Positions 1-13,605 of a stretch of DNA of 64,000 nucleotides are shown here, piece by piece. Source of the DNA: Octopus vulgaris. Its lineage: Eukaryota. The notes beneath the pieces were generated by a model, which was given only the letters and a program-made list of their open reading frames with translations, had not been told where the DNA came from and made no database searches. The stretch covers positions 18,352,001 through 18,416,000 of the forward strand of contig OX597841.1 in assembly GCA_951406725.2 (NCBI GenBank), written 5' to 3'. The translations under genes were made by a program, and so were the position numbers. How positions within the stretch are numbered: the stretch's first letter is position 1; every line of letters starts with the position of its first letter.

Positions 1-62
1 ATTAAGGAAAGATAGGAAATATTAGGCTTATAAGCCCTAAAATTCATTCCATAATTGTCCAC

Positions 63-295
63 GGGCCTATGGCGTAGTAGTTAAGAACGTGGGCTTCTAA
101 CCCCCAAGATTCCGAGTTCAATGCCAGGCAGTGACCTTAATAATAATAATAACATCAAAAAATACCTTAGGAATGAGAACCCAGGTTCGAAATTTCCCTA
201 AGACACCTGATGAAGGCTGGAGGGTACATCGGCCGGAACGTTGTGTTGACAACCAACAAGAGGACAAATATCCGTCAAATGTAAATAATGTATAA
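63..295 (+). mobile_element. tRNA-headed (Pol III) non-autonomous retroelement with a hammerhead ribozyme in its 3' half
   Basis: A-box-like tggcgtagtagt (68-79) and B-box-like gagttcaatgcc (113-124), then a (taa)n spacer and a hammerhead motif at 202-247. The 3' part recurs as an inverted pair at 16736-16987. Confidence 0.7.
202..247 (+). ncRNA. minimal type I hammerhead ribozyme, one core mutation (GAAAC>GGAAC)
   Basis: gacac-CTGATGA-a-ggctgg(agggtaca)tcggcc-GGAACGTT-gtgtt. Stem I gacac/gtgtt, stem II ggctgg/tcggcc. Confidence 0.7.
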
Positions 296-1090
296 TGACT
301 TTGATCGGATCTGCTGGATCATGGTCAATGTGTGTTTAACCAACAAGAAACTATGTGTTTCCCAATGTAAGATCAGACAGAATTTGCTGATGTCAGCAAA
401 AGTCAAATCAAATTTTGGCACAAGTCAGCGACTGATAGGGCAAGAGTGCACGGTTGAGTGAATCCATTACTGTAGAACACTGGTAACTATTTTAGTGAGA
501 TCTCTGCCCTTCCAGCAAGATAAAAGTAATATTGACCAGCACCAACTTTTGAACTCAAAACATAGCAAATACATAGATATAAGTGACAGAGGCAGGTATT
601 AATACTGAGAGATAATATTTATCCCCACTTAAACACCGGATGTTCTGTTAGAACAAACTATACTGTGGTAGATGCCATGAGAGAACCTCTCCCATATTGG
701 CTTTTGGTGCAAAGTACACACTTGTTTATATCGCTAGTAGGGAGAAAAATCCCTGCCACCTCCAACGCCGAGACCACCAGATCATGTGATTTCAACCTTC
801 CTTGGTCTGCAAAAATATGAGTGGTCATGGGGAAGTATTATCTTGCTTGAAAATAGGTGAGGGTTGGCAACTGAATGAGCATCCAGCTGTAAAATATCTC
901 TGCCTTGATAAATTCAATAAGCGTGAGAACGTGGACATTGGAAGTGATGATGATGATATCTTTCAACTGAGAGTTGGAAGTGGAAAAAAAAAAATTGGAT
1001 TCTGAGCAGATAGACCTTTCAAAAGTCTGGGATCTGTACGAAAATTCATTTGACCCTTAAACATTTTTGCTACCATATTTCTGTTGAGAT

Positions 1091-1482
1091 ACTCTTTTAC
1101 TTGTTTCAGTCATTTGACTGCAGCCATGCTGGAGCACCGCCTTTAATTGAGCAACTCGACCCGGGACATATTCTTTTGTAAGCCCAGTACTTATTCTATT
1201 GGTCTCTTTTGCTGAACCGCTAAGTAATGGGGACATAAACACACCAGCATCGGTTGTCAAGCAATGCTAGGGGGACAAACACAGACACACAAACACACAC
1301 ACGCATATATATACATATATACAACAGGCTTCTTTCAGTTTCCGTCCACCAAATCCACTCACAAGGCTTTGGTCGACCTGAGGCTATAGTAGAAGACACT
1401 TGCCGAAGGTGCCACGCAGTGGGACTGAACCCGGAACCATGTGGTTGGTAAACAAGCTACTTACCACACAGCCACTCCTGCG
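1091..1482 (-). mobile_element. SINE family A (tRNA-derived, CORE-like, CR1-type tail)
   Basis: Near-full copy of the ~400-bp repeat seen >20 times. tRNA-like head ggcgcaggagtggctgtgtggtaag...ggttcagtccc, CORE-like ccttgggcaagtgtctt, internal microsatellite, (gtaaaaga)n tail. Confidence 0.9.
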
Positions 1483-1986
1483 TATTTCTTTCAATTAATT
1501 TTAAATATAACAAATAATTGAGTAAAACAACTTAGTTATCATTAAACTAGTGTTAGGAACATAAATTGTGGAAGATTTTAATTCAGAACTTTTGAAAACA
1601 AGACATTTGTACTACAGAGCCAGAGGTGGTTTCAGACAGGCTGATAGCAAAAGGGTTAAGCATTTAAACTGGCTATATCCAGGCCAAATATTTTACCTGT
1701 TTCATATTAAAAATGGCCAGATCTGGTCTCTCACACCTACCCCACCATGTCATTCTAAAATAAGTATTATTGAAATCTCAAAGCTACAAGATAATGCATG
1801 ATTAATTCAAAACAATAGGAATAAATAGGCATTGCTTTTGATGAAATAATCTGAATGCTAAGGGGTGAAATAAAAGAAATCCTTGACAGTGAAAAGGTTG
1901 AGAACCATTATTCTGTCATCGTCATCATCATCATTCAAAACTTATGAAAACAAGACATTTGTACTCAGAAGCCTGTCGTATATATG

Positions 1987-2018
<32 letters not shown>

Positions 2019-2529
2019 AGTGTTTGTCCCCCTAGCATTGCTTGACAACCGATGGTGGTGTGTGTTACGTCCCCGTCATTTAGCGGTTCAGCAAAAGAGA
2101 CCGATAGAATAAGTACTGGGCTTACAAAGAATAAGTCCCGGGGTCAATTTGCTTGACTAAAGTCTGTTGTCCATGCTGACATGGGTTGGATGGTGTGACC
2201 AGAGCTGGCAAGCTGGGGGGGGGGGGATTGCACCAGACTCCAGTCTGATCTGGTATGGTTTCTACAGCTGGATGCCCTTCCTAATGCCAACCACTCTACA
2301 ACATGTAGTGGGAACTTGTCTCATATCACCAGCACTAGTGAGATTGGTATTACAGCTTGCAAAGACTATAAACAGAAAAGGGGCAAATTTAAGCCAGGAG
2401 AAAAGAGTTCAAAGCAGGACGGGTATTTTGTTGTACAGGAACTACACGATTACTCACATTTAAGAGAGGGTAGCTATGATCAGGTGGAGGTAGAGAGCAA
2501 TCATATCCCAGCACTTGCCTCATTAAGAA

Positions 2530-2756
2530 GGCACATGGCTTGGAGGTTAGGGTGATGGACTCATGATTGTAAGATTGTGGTTTCCATTCCTGAACCAAGC
2601 AATGTGTTGTGTTCTTGAGCAAGACACTTCATTTCACGTTGCTCCAGTCCACTTAGCTGGTAAAACTGAATAATCCTGTGAGGGACTGGCATCTCATCCA
2701 GGTGGGGAATATAAACCGGAAAACTAGCCCTTACGACTGGAGAAGGTAGTTTTACT
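2530..2756 (+). mobile_element. SINE family B (tRNA head, body type 3)
   Basis: Head ggcacatggct..ggttaggg, core gttcttgagcaagacactt. Same body at ~3470-3656 and 39725-39977. Confidence 0.7.
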
Positions 2757-2879
2757 TTTTTTTTATTTTTACTCACCTCATTTCTAAAATAACACTATTA
2801 TTATTATTATCATTATTATCATCATTATCATCATCATCATCATCATCATCATTATTATTATTATTAATAATATTTGCTG

Positions 2880-3115
2880 GGTAGCAAATAATGATGGATC
2901 GAGATCCAGCTGAGGGTGGGGCACATAGCCATCTTTGCCTGATCTTCTTGCTAACTTTCAGCTGGTCTCCATTGCTGCCATTCATAGCATCCTTGTGTAG
3001 CGTCCACTCAGCCCATTTCACAATGTCCATGTCCAGGTTTCACTGCCATATACTAGCACTGATTCGACGGTTGTAATGAACAGCTTGATCTGGATTTGTC
3101 TGGGCAATACCTGCC
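2880..3115 (-). pseudogene. decayed RTE-type LINE ORF fragment
   Basis: Minus strand reads ..KLFITTVESVLVYGSETW.., the post-RT YGSETW motif of RTE-like LINEs. Confidence 0.65.
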
Positions 3116-4716
3116 ATTATAACCTTCGTGGTACTTGTTCTTTTGGTCTCTTTTGCCAAACTGCTAAGTTACAGGGATGTAAACACACCAACATCGGTTG
3201 TCAAAGACACACACACATATATGATGTGCTTCTTTCAGTTTTTGTCTACCAAACCCACTCTCAAGGCTTTGGTCTGCTTGAAGCTATAGAAGAAGACACT
3301 CGGCCAAGTTGCCATGTAGTGAGATTGAACCCAGAACCAGGTAATTGGGAAGCAAGCTTCTTACCACACAGCCACACCTTGGATTTCATAAGAGAAAGGA
3401 TTATAAAGTAGCAAACACTGTGTGTGACTGGACAAATGTTTATATTCCATGCTTCACGTGGTGGAGGTGTGTGGCTTCCTGGACTGGAGGATACATTGTG
3501 TCCTTGAGCAAGACACTTCACTTCATGTTGCTCCAGTCCACTCAGCTGGCAAAACTGAGTAATCCTGTGAGAGACCGGTGTCCTGTCCAGGTGGGGAATA
3601 TATACACCATGAAACCAGCTCTTATGAGTCCGTAGGACTCAAGAAGGTAACTTTACCTATGTTTAACATGCAAATGTATTGAATTGTGAAGTTAGGTGAC
3701 AATTCCCTGCAAAAAAAAAAAAAAGAAGAAAAAACTGTCCAAAATCCATTTCTTGAAATACAGGTAAGGATTAATCACAAGACAGTCATTTGACTGGACA
3801 ACAATACCTCAATAATTATGTATTCATCTAACCCAGGCAGGCATAGAAAAGCAAATGTAAAGAGAAGCAAATCCAAAAATTTAATGCATTTATGGGTCAA
3901 TGAGTTGTTGATGACTTTTAGACTGTCTTTTATGTCATGGTCTGTTTGATTCTTGCTTATATAGGCACAGGTGTGGCTGTGTAGTAAGAAGATTGCTTCC
4001 CAACCACCTGGTTTTGGGTTCAGTCTCACTGCATAGCACCTTGGCCAAGTGTCTTCTATAGCTTCAAGCAGACCAAAGCCTTGAGAGTGGGTTTGGTAGA
4101 CAAAAACTGAAAGAAGCCCATCATGTGTGTGTGTGTGAGTGTACCTGTCTGTCTGTCTTTCCACCACCGTTTGACAACCTATGTTGGTGTGTTTACGTCC
4201 CCGTCACTTAGCGGTTCAGCAAAAGAATAAGTACCAGGCTGAGCAAAAACAAAAAAAGAAAAGCACCGGGTGGGGGTGGGGGGTCGATTCAGTCAACTAA
4301 AAAGTCTTCAAAGCAGGGGCCATAAAAGATAAAAAGCTAAAGATAAGTATTGCCAGGGAGGGGGGTGAGGCATGTGGATATTTTGTTATGAAAAGATATG
4401 AAGCACTTCTGAGTCATGAACAAATGTAAAATGTTGAAAAGTAGGCCATTACATGAAGTTGCTGATCCATTTATCTTGATGGTAGGTTGGTGGGAGAGAT
4501 CAGGTAGTCCGGATGTCTTCGTCATCGTTATTTTAAGACCCAATTTCTTTCCATGCTTGAATGGGTTGAACAGAATTTAGTTGAGGCTGGCTTTTTACAG
4601 CCAGATGCCCACCCCTCCTGTCGCCAATCCCCAATCTTCACCAGTTTCCAAGGGAGAGGTGATATTTCCCCACGTCCAGACACGTTTATGGGAGAATGGA
4701 AACAAAGGAAACAAAT

Positions 4717-5123
4717 AGGCGCAGGAGTGGCTGTGTGGTAAGTAGCTTGCTAACCAACCACATGGTTCCGGGTTCAGTCCCACTGCGTGGCATCTTGGGC
4801 AAGTGTCTTCTGCTATAGCCCCGGGCCGACCAATGCCTTGTGAGTGGATTTGGTAGACGGAAACTGAAAGAAGCCTGTCGTATATATATATATGTGTGTG
4901 TGTGAGTGTGTGTGTTTGTGTCTGTTCGTCCCCCTAGCATTGCTTGACAACCGATGCTGGTGTGTTTCCGTCCCTGTCACTTAGCGGTTCAGCAAAAGAG
5001 ACCGATAGAATAAGTACTGGGCTTACAAAGAATAAGTCCCGGGGTCGATTTGTTCGACTAAAGGCGGTGCTCCAGCATGGCCGCAGTCAAATGACTGAAA
5101 CAAGTAAAAAAGAGAAAAAGAGT
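4717..5123 (+). mobile_element. SINE family A, full length
   Basis: Intact head ggcgcaggagtggc through to the tail gactgaaacaagtaaaa. Confidence 0.92.
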
Positions 5124-6141
5124 AAAGGACACTGCTTACATGATGATGGCCCTCACATCACTATTACAGGATATCATGGCCAGGTGACAGCAACACACAC
5201 ATACATAAATGTCACCAAGAGTTGACTACAAAGAAATAGCTTTTCTAAGATTAAGATTTTCTTAGATTAAGATTTCTTCTTAACGTTCTTTTTATATGCA
5301 TTTGCGAACTGGAAATATTTCCTTATTTCGCTTTGAATTTCACTAATTTTGGAAGACCTTGGAACTGTTGTGCTTCTTTATATTTTCAGATATGTTGATT
5401 TGAATACTTTCGGTATCTCAATGTGTTGACACAGAAATGATTGTCAGCATTGTCTGGTGACTTCAAACAATTATAGATGGGATTTCCATTCAGTTTTTCT
5501 TTGTTTTGTTTATACAACTTTCATTCTATAGAAATACTTTAAGGAATTTTGTGATGCAATGTTGCATGTTAAATTCACTTAAACTTTATATCCAAACAAT
5601 ACTTTGCCACCATATTTTCATAAAAACATAAGGTCTTTGTTTCAGTTAATTTTGAAAATAACAAAAGATATGGAAAATAATTGTCATTAATTAAACCGAT
5701 GCCAAAGGTGGTGAACTGGCAGAATTGCTAGCATGCCAAACAAATGGCTTGGCAGCATTTTGTCAGACTTTATATTCTGCCAAGCTTGACTTTGCCTTAC
5801 ATTCTGTTGAGCACCGGGATTGATGTAATCAACTAGTTCCCACCCCCAATTGCTGGCATTGTGCCAAAATGTGAAATCATTAAGCCGGGTGTTTGAAACA
5901 AACTCACATGAAATTTTGATAAAATGTTTTCAATTAAACTGGCCAGATACGGTCTCTCACACCTACTCTATAATCTCATACAATATCATTCTAAAAATAA
6001 ACTATTACATCGTTAAAATCTTAAAGCTTCAAGATAATGCTGGATTAATTGAAAACAATGTGAAAAAAAAGGAATTCCATTTGACAAGCGAATCTGAATG
6101 CTAAAGGGTCCAATTCCACTGAACAGTTTGTCCCTTTAGAT

Positions 6142-6871
6142 CAGTGATTCTCAACCAGGGTCCAAACAAAATAATAAAATCAGGGATCTGCAGTAGTATT
6201 TTAAGGGTCCATTTTATAATTGTTGATTTGGATGTCTGTATTTACGGCAAGAAACAACTAAGTTTCTTTCTCCAACGTCTTATGTAGTGCAATCAACTCG
6301 AGTTAACGTATGAAAACCAAAATAGGGATTTTGGAAGAAGTATTTGTAGAATTAGTTTTGAAACATTGAATGGTTTTGGGGGTCCCCCAGAATAGAATAA
6401 TACTCTTTTACTCTTTTACTTGACTGCGGCCATGCTGGAGCACCACCTTTTTTTTAATCGAGCAACTCAACCCCGGGACTTATTCTTTGTAAGCCCAGTA
6501 GTTATTCTATTGGTCTCTTTCACCGAACCGCTAAATTACGGGGACATAAACACACCAGCATCGGTTGTCAAGCGATGTTGGAGGGGACAAACACAGACAC
6601 ACAAACATACATGTGCACACACACACACACATATATATATTATATATATATATATACATATATACGATATACATATATACGACGGGCTTCTTTCAGTTTC
6701 CGTCTACAAAATCCACTCACAAGGCTTTGGTTGGCTCGAGGCTATAGTAGAAGACTCTTGCCCAAGGTGCCATGCAGTGGGACTGAACCCGGAACCATGT
6801 GGTTGGTAAACAAGCTACTTACCACACAGCCACTCCTGCGCCTAATAATCAAAATATGGTTGAAAACCAGT
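6142..6871. mobile_element. hAT-type MITE interrupted by a SINE A
   Basis: Left end cagtgattctcaacc, right end ggttgaaaaccagt, imperfect 8-bp TSD ctttagat/ttttagat. SINE at 6403-6843 lies inside. Confidence 0.55.
6403..6843 (-). mobile_element. SINE family A, full length
   Basis: Matches the other family A copies end to end. Confidence 0.92.
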
Positions 6872-8562
6872 TTTAGATTGTCCCTGCCAAGTAAGAACAC
6901 AGATACTTTTGAGTTCAGTATCTTTTGGGGTGGTTTACTCTGTTCAGAAAAATCTATTTTACTAGGGTAGTAGCCGAGGATCAGATATGAATCCAGAATG
7001 CACAAAGCCATAATACATACTGAAAGGCATCCAATCCAATACTGCCAACCCACTCGCATACTGTGTCTGTCTGTTTGTCTTTTACTTGTTTCCGTCATTG
7101 GACAACAGGTGTGCTGGGACACTGCCCTGGCAAACAAATTGCCCCTCCCCCCAGTGCTTAACAGTTTAAAGTCTAGTACTTATTCTATTGGTCTCTTTTG
7201 CTGAACCACTAAATTAAGGGGACAAAATCTAACGCACACACGATGGACTACTAAATTCACTTACAAGACTTTCGTCAGTCTGGGGACTATAGCAAAAGAC
7301 ACTTGCCCAAGGTACCCTGCAGTGGGACTGAACCCAAAACCACATGCTTACAAATGAGCTCCTTAACCATAGGCACAGGTGTGGCTGTGTGGTAAGAAGC
7401 TTGTTCCAGATTCAGTGCAATGTGAAGCACCTTGGGCAAGTGTCTTCTACCTTAGCCTCAGGCGGCCCAAAGCCTTAAGTGGATTTGGTACATGGAAACT
7501 GAAAGAAGCCTGTGTATGTGTGTGAGTGTTTGTTCTCCGCTTCCACCGTTTGACAACCAGTGCTGGTATGTTTATGTCCCCGTAACTTAACAGTTTGTCC
7601 TAAGAGACCAATAGAATAAATACCAGACTTTAAAACAAAAGTCCTGGGGTTGATTAGTCCAACTGCCCCAGCATGGCCGCTATCAAATGACTGAAGCAAA
7701 GTAAAAAACACAATCGATTGGGGATGCATCTAATGTGGCAATGAGTATTTTATGTCATCCAATATGTTAGGGCAAAGGATCATTAGGCAACCTGAATGGA
7801 AGAAACCTGTGCGGAAGAAAGACGGAGGAAATGAAGGAGATGACGAAGGCCCAGAAGTGGCAAAGCGCTGGGCTAGAAAAGGCTTGTACAATCCTTATAA
7901 GTGCAGAAAAGAGATGTAAAAATAATAAGGATGATGCTTATGTTTCATCCTGGGAGAGGAGGTGACAAGTCTGCTGAATTATGATCCTATTAGCCTGAAA
8001 CAAACTGGTCTCAACTTTGAATTATCACAGTTTGAGAAGACAAAAACGAGGTTTTAGAACACAGCTAAATAAAACCAGTTTCCCACGGGAGGAAGGAACT
8101 GAGTAAAGCAAACCAAACAAATCTGTACCTGGCTGATCAGTCCTTCTGCTTGAAAGAGCAGCCTAACTTCTCCCAAATGACAACTTACCAGATGAAGAAA
8201 ATGAAGGATAAATTGGACAAATTTTGGAAAGTGGGATACATTCAGTTCTATCAACAACCAGTAATTAATCCTTTGAATACAGAAAGTGGTTTTACTTCAC
8301 AACTTTGAAAAAAACTCCTCTTATGCTGCAAGAAGTGGACACATCTCCTCTTTACTCTCTTTACTCTTTTACTTGTTTCAGTCATTTGACTGTGGCCATG
8401 CTGGAGCACTGCCTTTAGTCGAGCAAATCGACCCCGGGACTTATTCTTTGTAAGCCTAGTATTTATTCTATCGGTCTCTTTTGCCGAACCGCTAAGTTAC
8501 AGGGACGTAAACACACCAGCATCGGTTGTCAAGCAATGCTAGGGGGACGAACACAGACACAA

Positions 8563-8604
<42 letters not shown>

Positions 8605-8606
<2 letters not shown>

Positions 8607-8928
8607 GGCCCAGTGGTTAGGGCAGCGGACTTGCGGTCGTAGGATCGCAGTTTCGATTCCCAGACCGGGCGTTGTGAGTGTTTATTGAGTGAAAACACCT
8701 AAAGCTCCACGATGCTCCGGCAGGGATGGTGGTGATCCCTGCTGTACTCTTTCACCACAACTTTCTCTCACTCTTTCTTCCTGTTTCTGTTGTACCTGTA
8801 TTTCAAAGGGCCAGCCTTGTCACTCTCTGTGTCACGCTGAATATCTCCGAGAACTACGTTAAGGGTACACGTGTCTGTAGAGTACTCAGCCACTTACATG
8901 TTAATTTCACGAGCAGGCTGTTCCGTTG
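8605..8928 (+). mobile_element. SINE family C head with body type 2
   Basis: tRNA-like tggcccagtggttagggcagcggac...gtttcgattccc. Body cagccttgtcactctctgtg..gagtactcagcc is shared with 50358-50722 and with family B copies. Confidence 0.8.
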
Positions 8929-9398
8929 GGGGACTGGGGTTTATCTGTTTGATTAAATCTCTTCAAGCTGGTGCCCCAGCATGGCCACAGTCTGATGACT
9001 GAAACAAGTAAAAGTTAAAAGATATATTTCGTCAAATATCTCTTTCTGGAGCAAGAATCAAATACTTTTAGGGAGTGGATATGAAAACTGTGCCTAGAGG
9101 GGACACTGTTTTGGTATAACTGGCATTCTGTTGGTTATGATGACAAGGATCCCAGTTGGTCTGATCAATGGAACCGCCAGTTCATGAAATTAACGTGTAA
9201 GTGGCTGAGTACTCCTCAGACATGTGAACCCTAAATGGAGTTCTCAGAGAGATTCAGCATGGCAGAGAATGGGACAAGGCTGGCCCCTTTGAAACACAAG
9301 ATCTACTCATTTTTGCCAATTGAACGGACTGTGGTAACATGAAATAAAGAGTCTTGCTCAAGGAAACACTGTGCCACCAGCCATTGAACTCCTGACCT

Positions 9399-9432
<34 letters not shown>

Positions 9433-10311
9433 CTCAGTCACAAGGATTAGGGTTCCAGTTGATTCGATCACTGGAACAGCCAGTTCATGAAATTAACGTG
9501 TAAGTGGCTGAGTACTCCTCAGACGTATGTACCCTTAACACAGTTCTCAGGGAGGTTCAATGTGACAAAGCTGGCCCTTTGAGGCTCAACTCAGTTTTAC
9601 TAGTTGAGTGGACTCGAGCAATAAAGTGAAATAAAGTGGTTTGCTCAAGTATTACAGAAGCAGACTAAAAGAATTCTAATTAACATCGTTAGAGGAATGA
9701 CCAAGGAATTTAATTATGTAGTCATAGGGTTACCTGATACTTCATTTTATCATCAACTCAAGGTACAAAGAATAGCAAGATATAGTCACCTCTGGCTGGA
9801 TTTGAACTCACGATGTAAAAGTACATAAATATCCAAAAGACATTTCGTTTGGTGCTCTTCCAATTCAATTAGCCATCATCGTTACAAAAATAACAATCGT
9901 TTTCTCATACACACAGCCAGAGACTTGGTGGAGATGAACCGTTTCTTATATGAAAACAAGGACATGACAAGTACTTTTGTCATCCTCTTCATTTAACATT
10001 CATTTTCCAGGCTGGCATGGGTTGGACGGTTTGACAGAGAAGCTGGTCAGCTGAAGACCTGCCTGGCCCCCATCTCTGTTTTGGCAAGGTTTCTAAGGCT
10101 GGACGCTCTCCCTAATGCCAAACACTTTACAAAGAGTACCAGGCACTTTTATGTGACACCAGCACCCATGAGTCCACAAGGTTAGGATCACTCAGCTGAG
10201 GAGGAATGTAGGGGACATGCCTGTACGCAAGGACCACAAAGTTGACCATGAGAGAATTTGAACTCTGGACTTAAAGGACCAGAAATATTTCTAGGAGTGA
10301 ACGTGATAGAA

Positions 10312-10349
<38 letters not shown>

Positions 10350-10539
10350 TTTGATGCAGCATGGCTGCATCAGTAATCCTTTAGCAATTAAACAGGCCAT
10401 AACCAGCCAAAATATTTTACCTATTTTATCTTCAAAACTGGCCGGATTTGGCTTCTCACACCAACCCGACAATGTTATTCTAAAAATTAACTGGTGCCTC
10501 AAGAAAATCTCACTGCTACAAGATAAAGCATGAAAACAG

Positions 10540-11135
10540 ATGTGGCCATTGCCGGTCTCATGTAAACGGCACCCGTGAAATCGTAGTCGTGAATGTTGCC
10601 GGTAGCATGAACTTAGAATGTTGGGCCTCACAGAGGTGATGCATGATGTTTGAATATTGTGCCACATGGGATATTGTGCCACATGGAATATTGTGCCACA
10701 TGGAAGTGATGACAAACGACCAAAACCTTTGGTGATATGCTGCGTTTGAAAAGACTCGTTAAGCCACGTGAAATTGTAGTCGTGGCCATTAGCATGATCT
10801 TCGAATGTTGGGCCTCACATAGGCAAGGGATGAGGTGGTGAAGCATGACCTATGAAAGTTGGGCCCCATGGAAGTGATGACAAGCAACTGAGACCTTTGG
10901 TGATATGCTACGCTTGAGAAGACGTGTTAAGTCAAGTGAAATTGTGAGCATGACTGTTGCCAGTGGCATGTAAATCACACCCATTACACTCTTGAAGTGG
11001 CTGGCAGTAGGAAGGGCATCCAGCCGTAGAAACCAAGGCAAAATCAGACAACTGGAGCCTGGTGCAGCTCTCTGGTTTGCCAGTTCCAGTCAAACTGTCC
11101 AACCCATGCCAGCATGGAAAGCAGATGTTGAACGT
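10540..11135 (+). mobile_element. diverged RTE LINE 3' end / 3'UTR with internal duplications
   Basis: Repeated gaaattgtagtcgtggcc / gaatgttgggcctcac modules ending in ggaagggcatccagc...aacccatgccagcatggaaagc. Homologous to 33900-34680. Confidence 0.65.
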
Positions 11136-11749
11136 GAATAAAAAAGCATTACATCTGACAGAATAATGTGAATGTTAAAAGGTTTAGAAGTTCACTTCAC
11201 AATCATGAAGTCCCAGGTTCAATCTTACTGCATGGCATCTTGGACAAGCATCATTTACCATACATAGCCATTGTCTGATCCAAGCTTTGTGAGTTAAAGT
11301 GGACAGATTGATCCTATGCAGAAGCCTGCCAAGAAGGCCCACCATCGTCAGCAGTAGCATTGCTTGACGTCCACTTTTCCATGCTTGCATGGGTCAGAGG
11401 GGAATGAGGCAGAGGATTTTCTACAGCTGGGTACCCTTCCTGTCACCAACCCTCACCTCTTTCCAAACAAATCTGCCAGGATCAAACAGGTTTTCCACAC
11501 AAGACTGGAACTGAACAACCTTCAGATGATGTCGAGACAAGGGTACTAACAAATACAGACATGCATATACTATATAGGTGCTGGTATCGCTGTGTGGTTC
11601 AGAAGTATGCTTCTCCAACCACATGGTACTGGGTTCAGTCCCACTGCATGGCACTTGGGCAGGTGCTTTCAACTATAGGCTCAGGCTGACCAAAGCCTTG
11701 TGAGTAGATTTAGTAGACGGAAACTCAAAGAAGCCTATCATGTGTATGT

Positions 11750-11777
<28 letters not shown>

Positions 11778-11780
<3 letters not shown>

Positions 11781-12038
11781 TAAAAATTAGAAAAAAACCA
11801 CCTTTTATCAATTCAAAATTATATTTACACCATCCGGAAAATTACATATAATAGAAATATTAAAATTAAAATAACAATAAAATACCGATGATTAAGTAAA
11901 TTTTTTTTTTTGCAATTTACTTAATCATCTGTATTTTATTGTTATTTTAATTTTAATATTTCTATTATATGTAATTTTCCGGATGGTGTAAATATAATTT
12001 TGAATTGATAAAAGGTGGTTTTTTTCTAATTTTTATAT
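11778..12038. repeat. long near-perfect palindrome (~125-bp arms) between microsatellites
   Basis: atataaaaattagaaaaaaaccacc...gattaagtaaatt and its reverse complement, with one visible mismatch (ccg/ctg). Confidence 0.95.
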
Positions 12039-12047
12039 ATACATATA

Positions 12048-12430
12048 GGCGCAGGAGTGGCTGTGTGGTAAGTAGCTTTCTAACCAGCCACATGGTTCCG
12101 GGTTCAGTCCCACTGCGTGGCATCTTGGGAAAGTGTGCCGACCAATGCCTTGTGAGTGGATTTGGTAGACAGAAACTGAAAGAAGCCTGTCGTATATATG
12201 TATATATATGTATGGGTGTGTGTGTATATGTTTGTGTTTGTCCCCCTAGCATTGCTTGACAACCAATGCTGGTGTGTTTATGTCCCCGTCACTTAGCGGT
12301 TCGGCAAAAGAGACCGATAGAATAAGCACTGGGCTTACAAAGAATAAGTCCCGGGGTCGATTTGCTCGACTAAAGGCGGTGCTCCAGCATGGCCGCAGTC
12401 AAATGACTGAAACAAGTAAGAGTAAAAGAG
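12048..12430 (+). mobile_element. SINE family A
   Basis: Full head-to-tail match to the family. Confidence 0.9.
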
Positions 12431-12901
12431 TATATATATCATATTGTGTGAAATTTGATTTAGTATGTCTAAATTGAACTTTTTCCCTGTAAGTCGGGAT
12501 TAATTTTCCCTCAAATAATTATTATATATATATATATATTTATGTGTGTGTCATTGTGTCTGTGTTTGTTCCCCACCCCACCATCATTTAACACCCAGTG
12601 TTGGAATGTTTATGTCCCTGTAACTTAGCAGTTCAGCTAAAAGAAATTCATAGAATAAGTACCCAGCTTAAAAAAAAAAAAAAAGTAGTGGAGTCAATTC
12701 ATTTTACTAAAAGTTCTTTGGCAGTACCCCAGCATGGCCACAGTCAAATGACTAAAACAAGCAAAAGATAAGAGGGGCTTCCACACAGTTTCTGCCTACC
12801 TAATCCAATTACAAAGCTTCGATCAACTCAGAGCTACAACCAAATATATTTACCCAAGGTGCTGCCCTGCATATATATATGTGTATATATATGTGTATAT
12901 A

Positions 12902-12935
<34 letters not shown>

Positions 12936-13605
12936 ATGATTTACACTGTGCAATTTATAACATACACACTATTGTTTTATTCTTTTCCTTGTTTCAGTCA
13001 TTTGATTGTGGCCATGCTGGAGTACCACCTTTTAGTTGAAGAAATCGACCCAAGGACTTACTCTTTGTAAGCCTAGTGCTTATTCTATTGTGTCTTTTGC
13101 TGAACTGCTAAGTTACAGGGATGTAAACACACCAACATCAGTTGTCAAGCAATGGTAGGGGAACACACACACACACACACATATACAAGGGGCTTCTTTC
13201 AATTTCTGTCTACCAAATCCACTCACAAGGCTTTGGACGGCCCGGGGCTATAGTAGAAGACACTTGCCCAATGTGCCACACAGTGGGATTGAACCGGGAA
13301 CCATGTGGTTGGAAGGCAAGCGTCTTACCACACAGCCACACCAACATGTAAAATAATTTACTCTACACTAAAATAAATTATGTTTGCATGGTGTTGGCTG
13401 CAGAATGGTTGTCCTTCTATGGCTACCAACTGGTGAATCTCTGTCATACCTCTGACTCGGTGGTATGCAGCCAACACCATTGAAGGAGCTTTTTTAGTGA
13501 TTACCACTTTATTATATAAGTACAAATATTGTGCATTAAATATATATATATATTTCAAATTATATCTTCAGCAAGTTAATTTGGTTTTCCTTAACGATAA
13601 TGTAA

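Noticed and set aside
8988-9010. ctgatga...gaaac resembling a hammerhead core
   Set aside because: It is the SINE A tail hairpin with a point variant. There is no stem II, stem I or cleavage triplet.
10655-10705. 17-bp x3 tandem repeat
   Set aside because: Local slippage inside a decayed RTE UTR.
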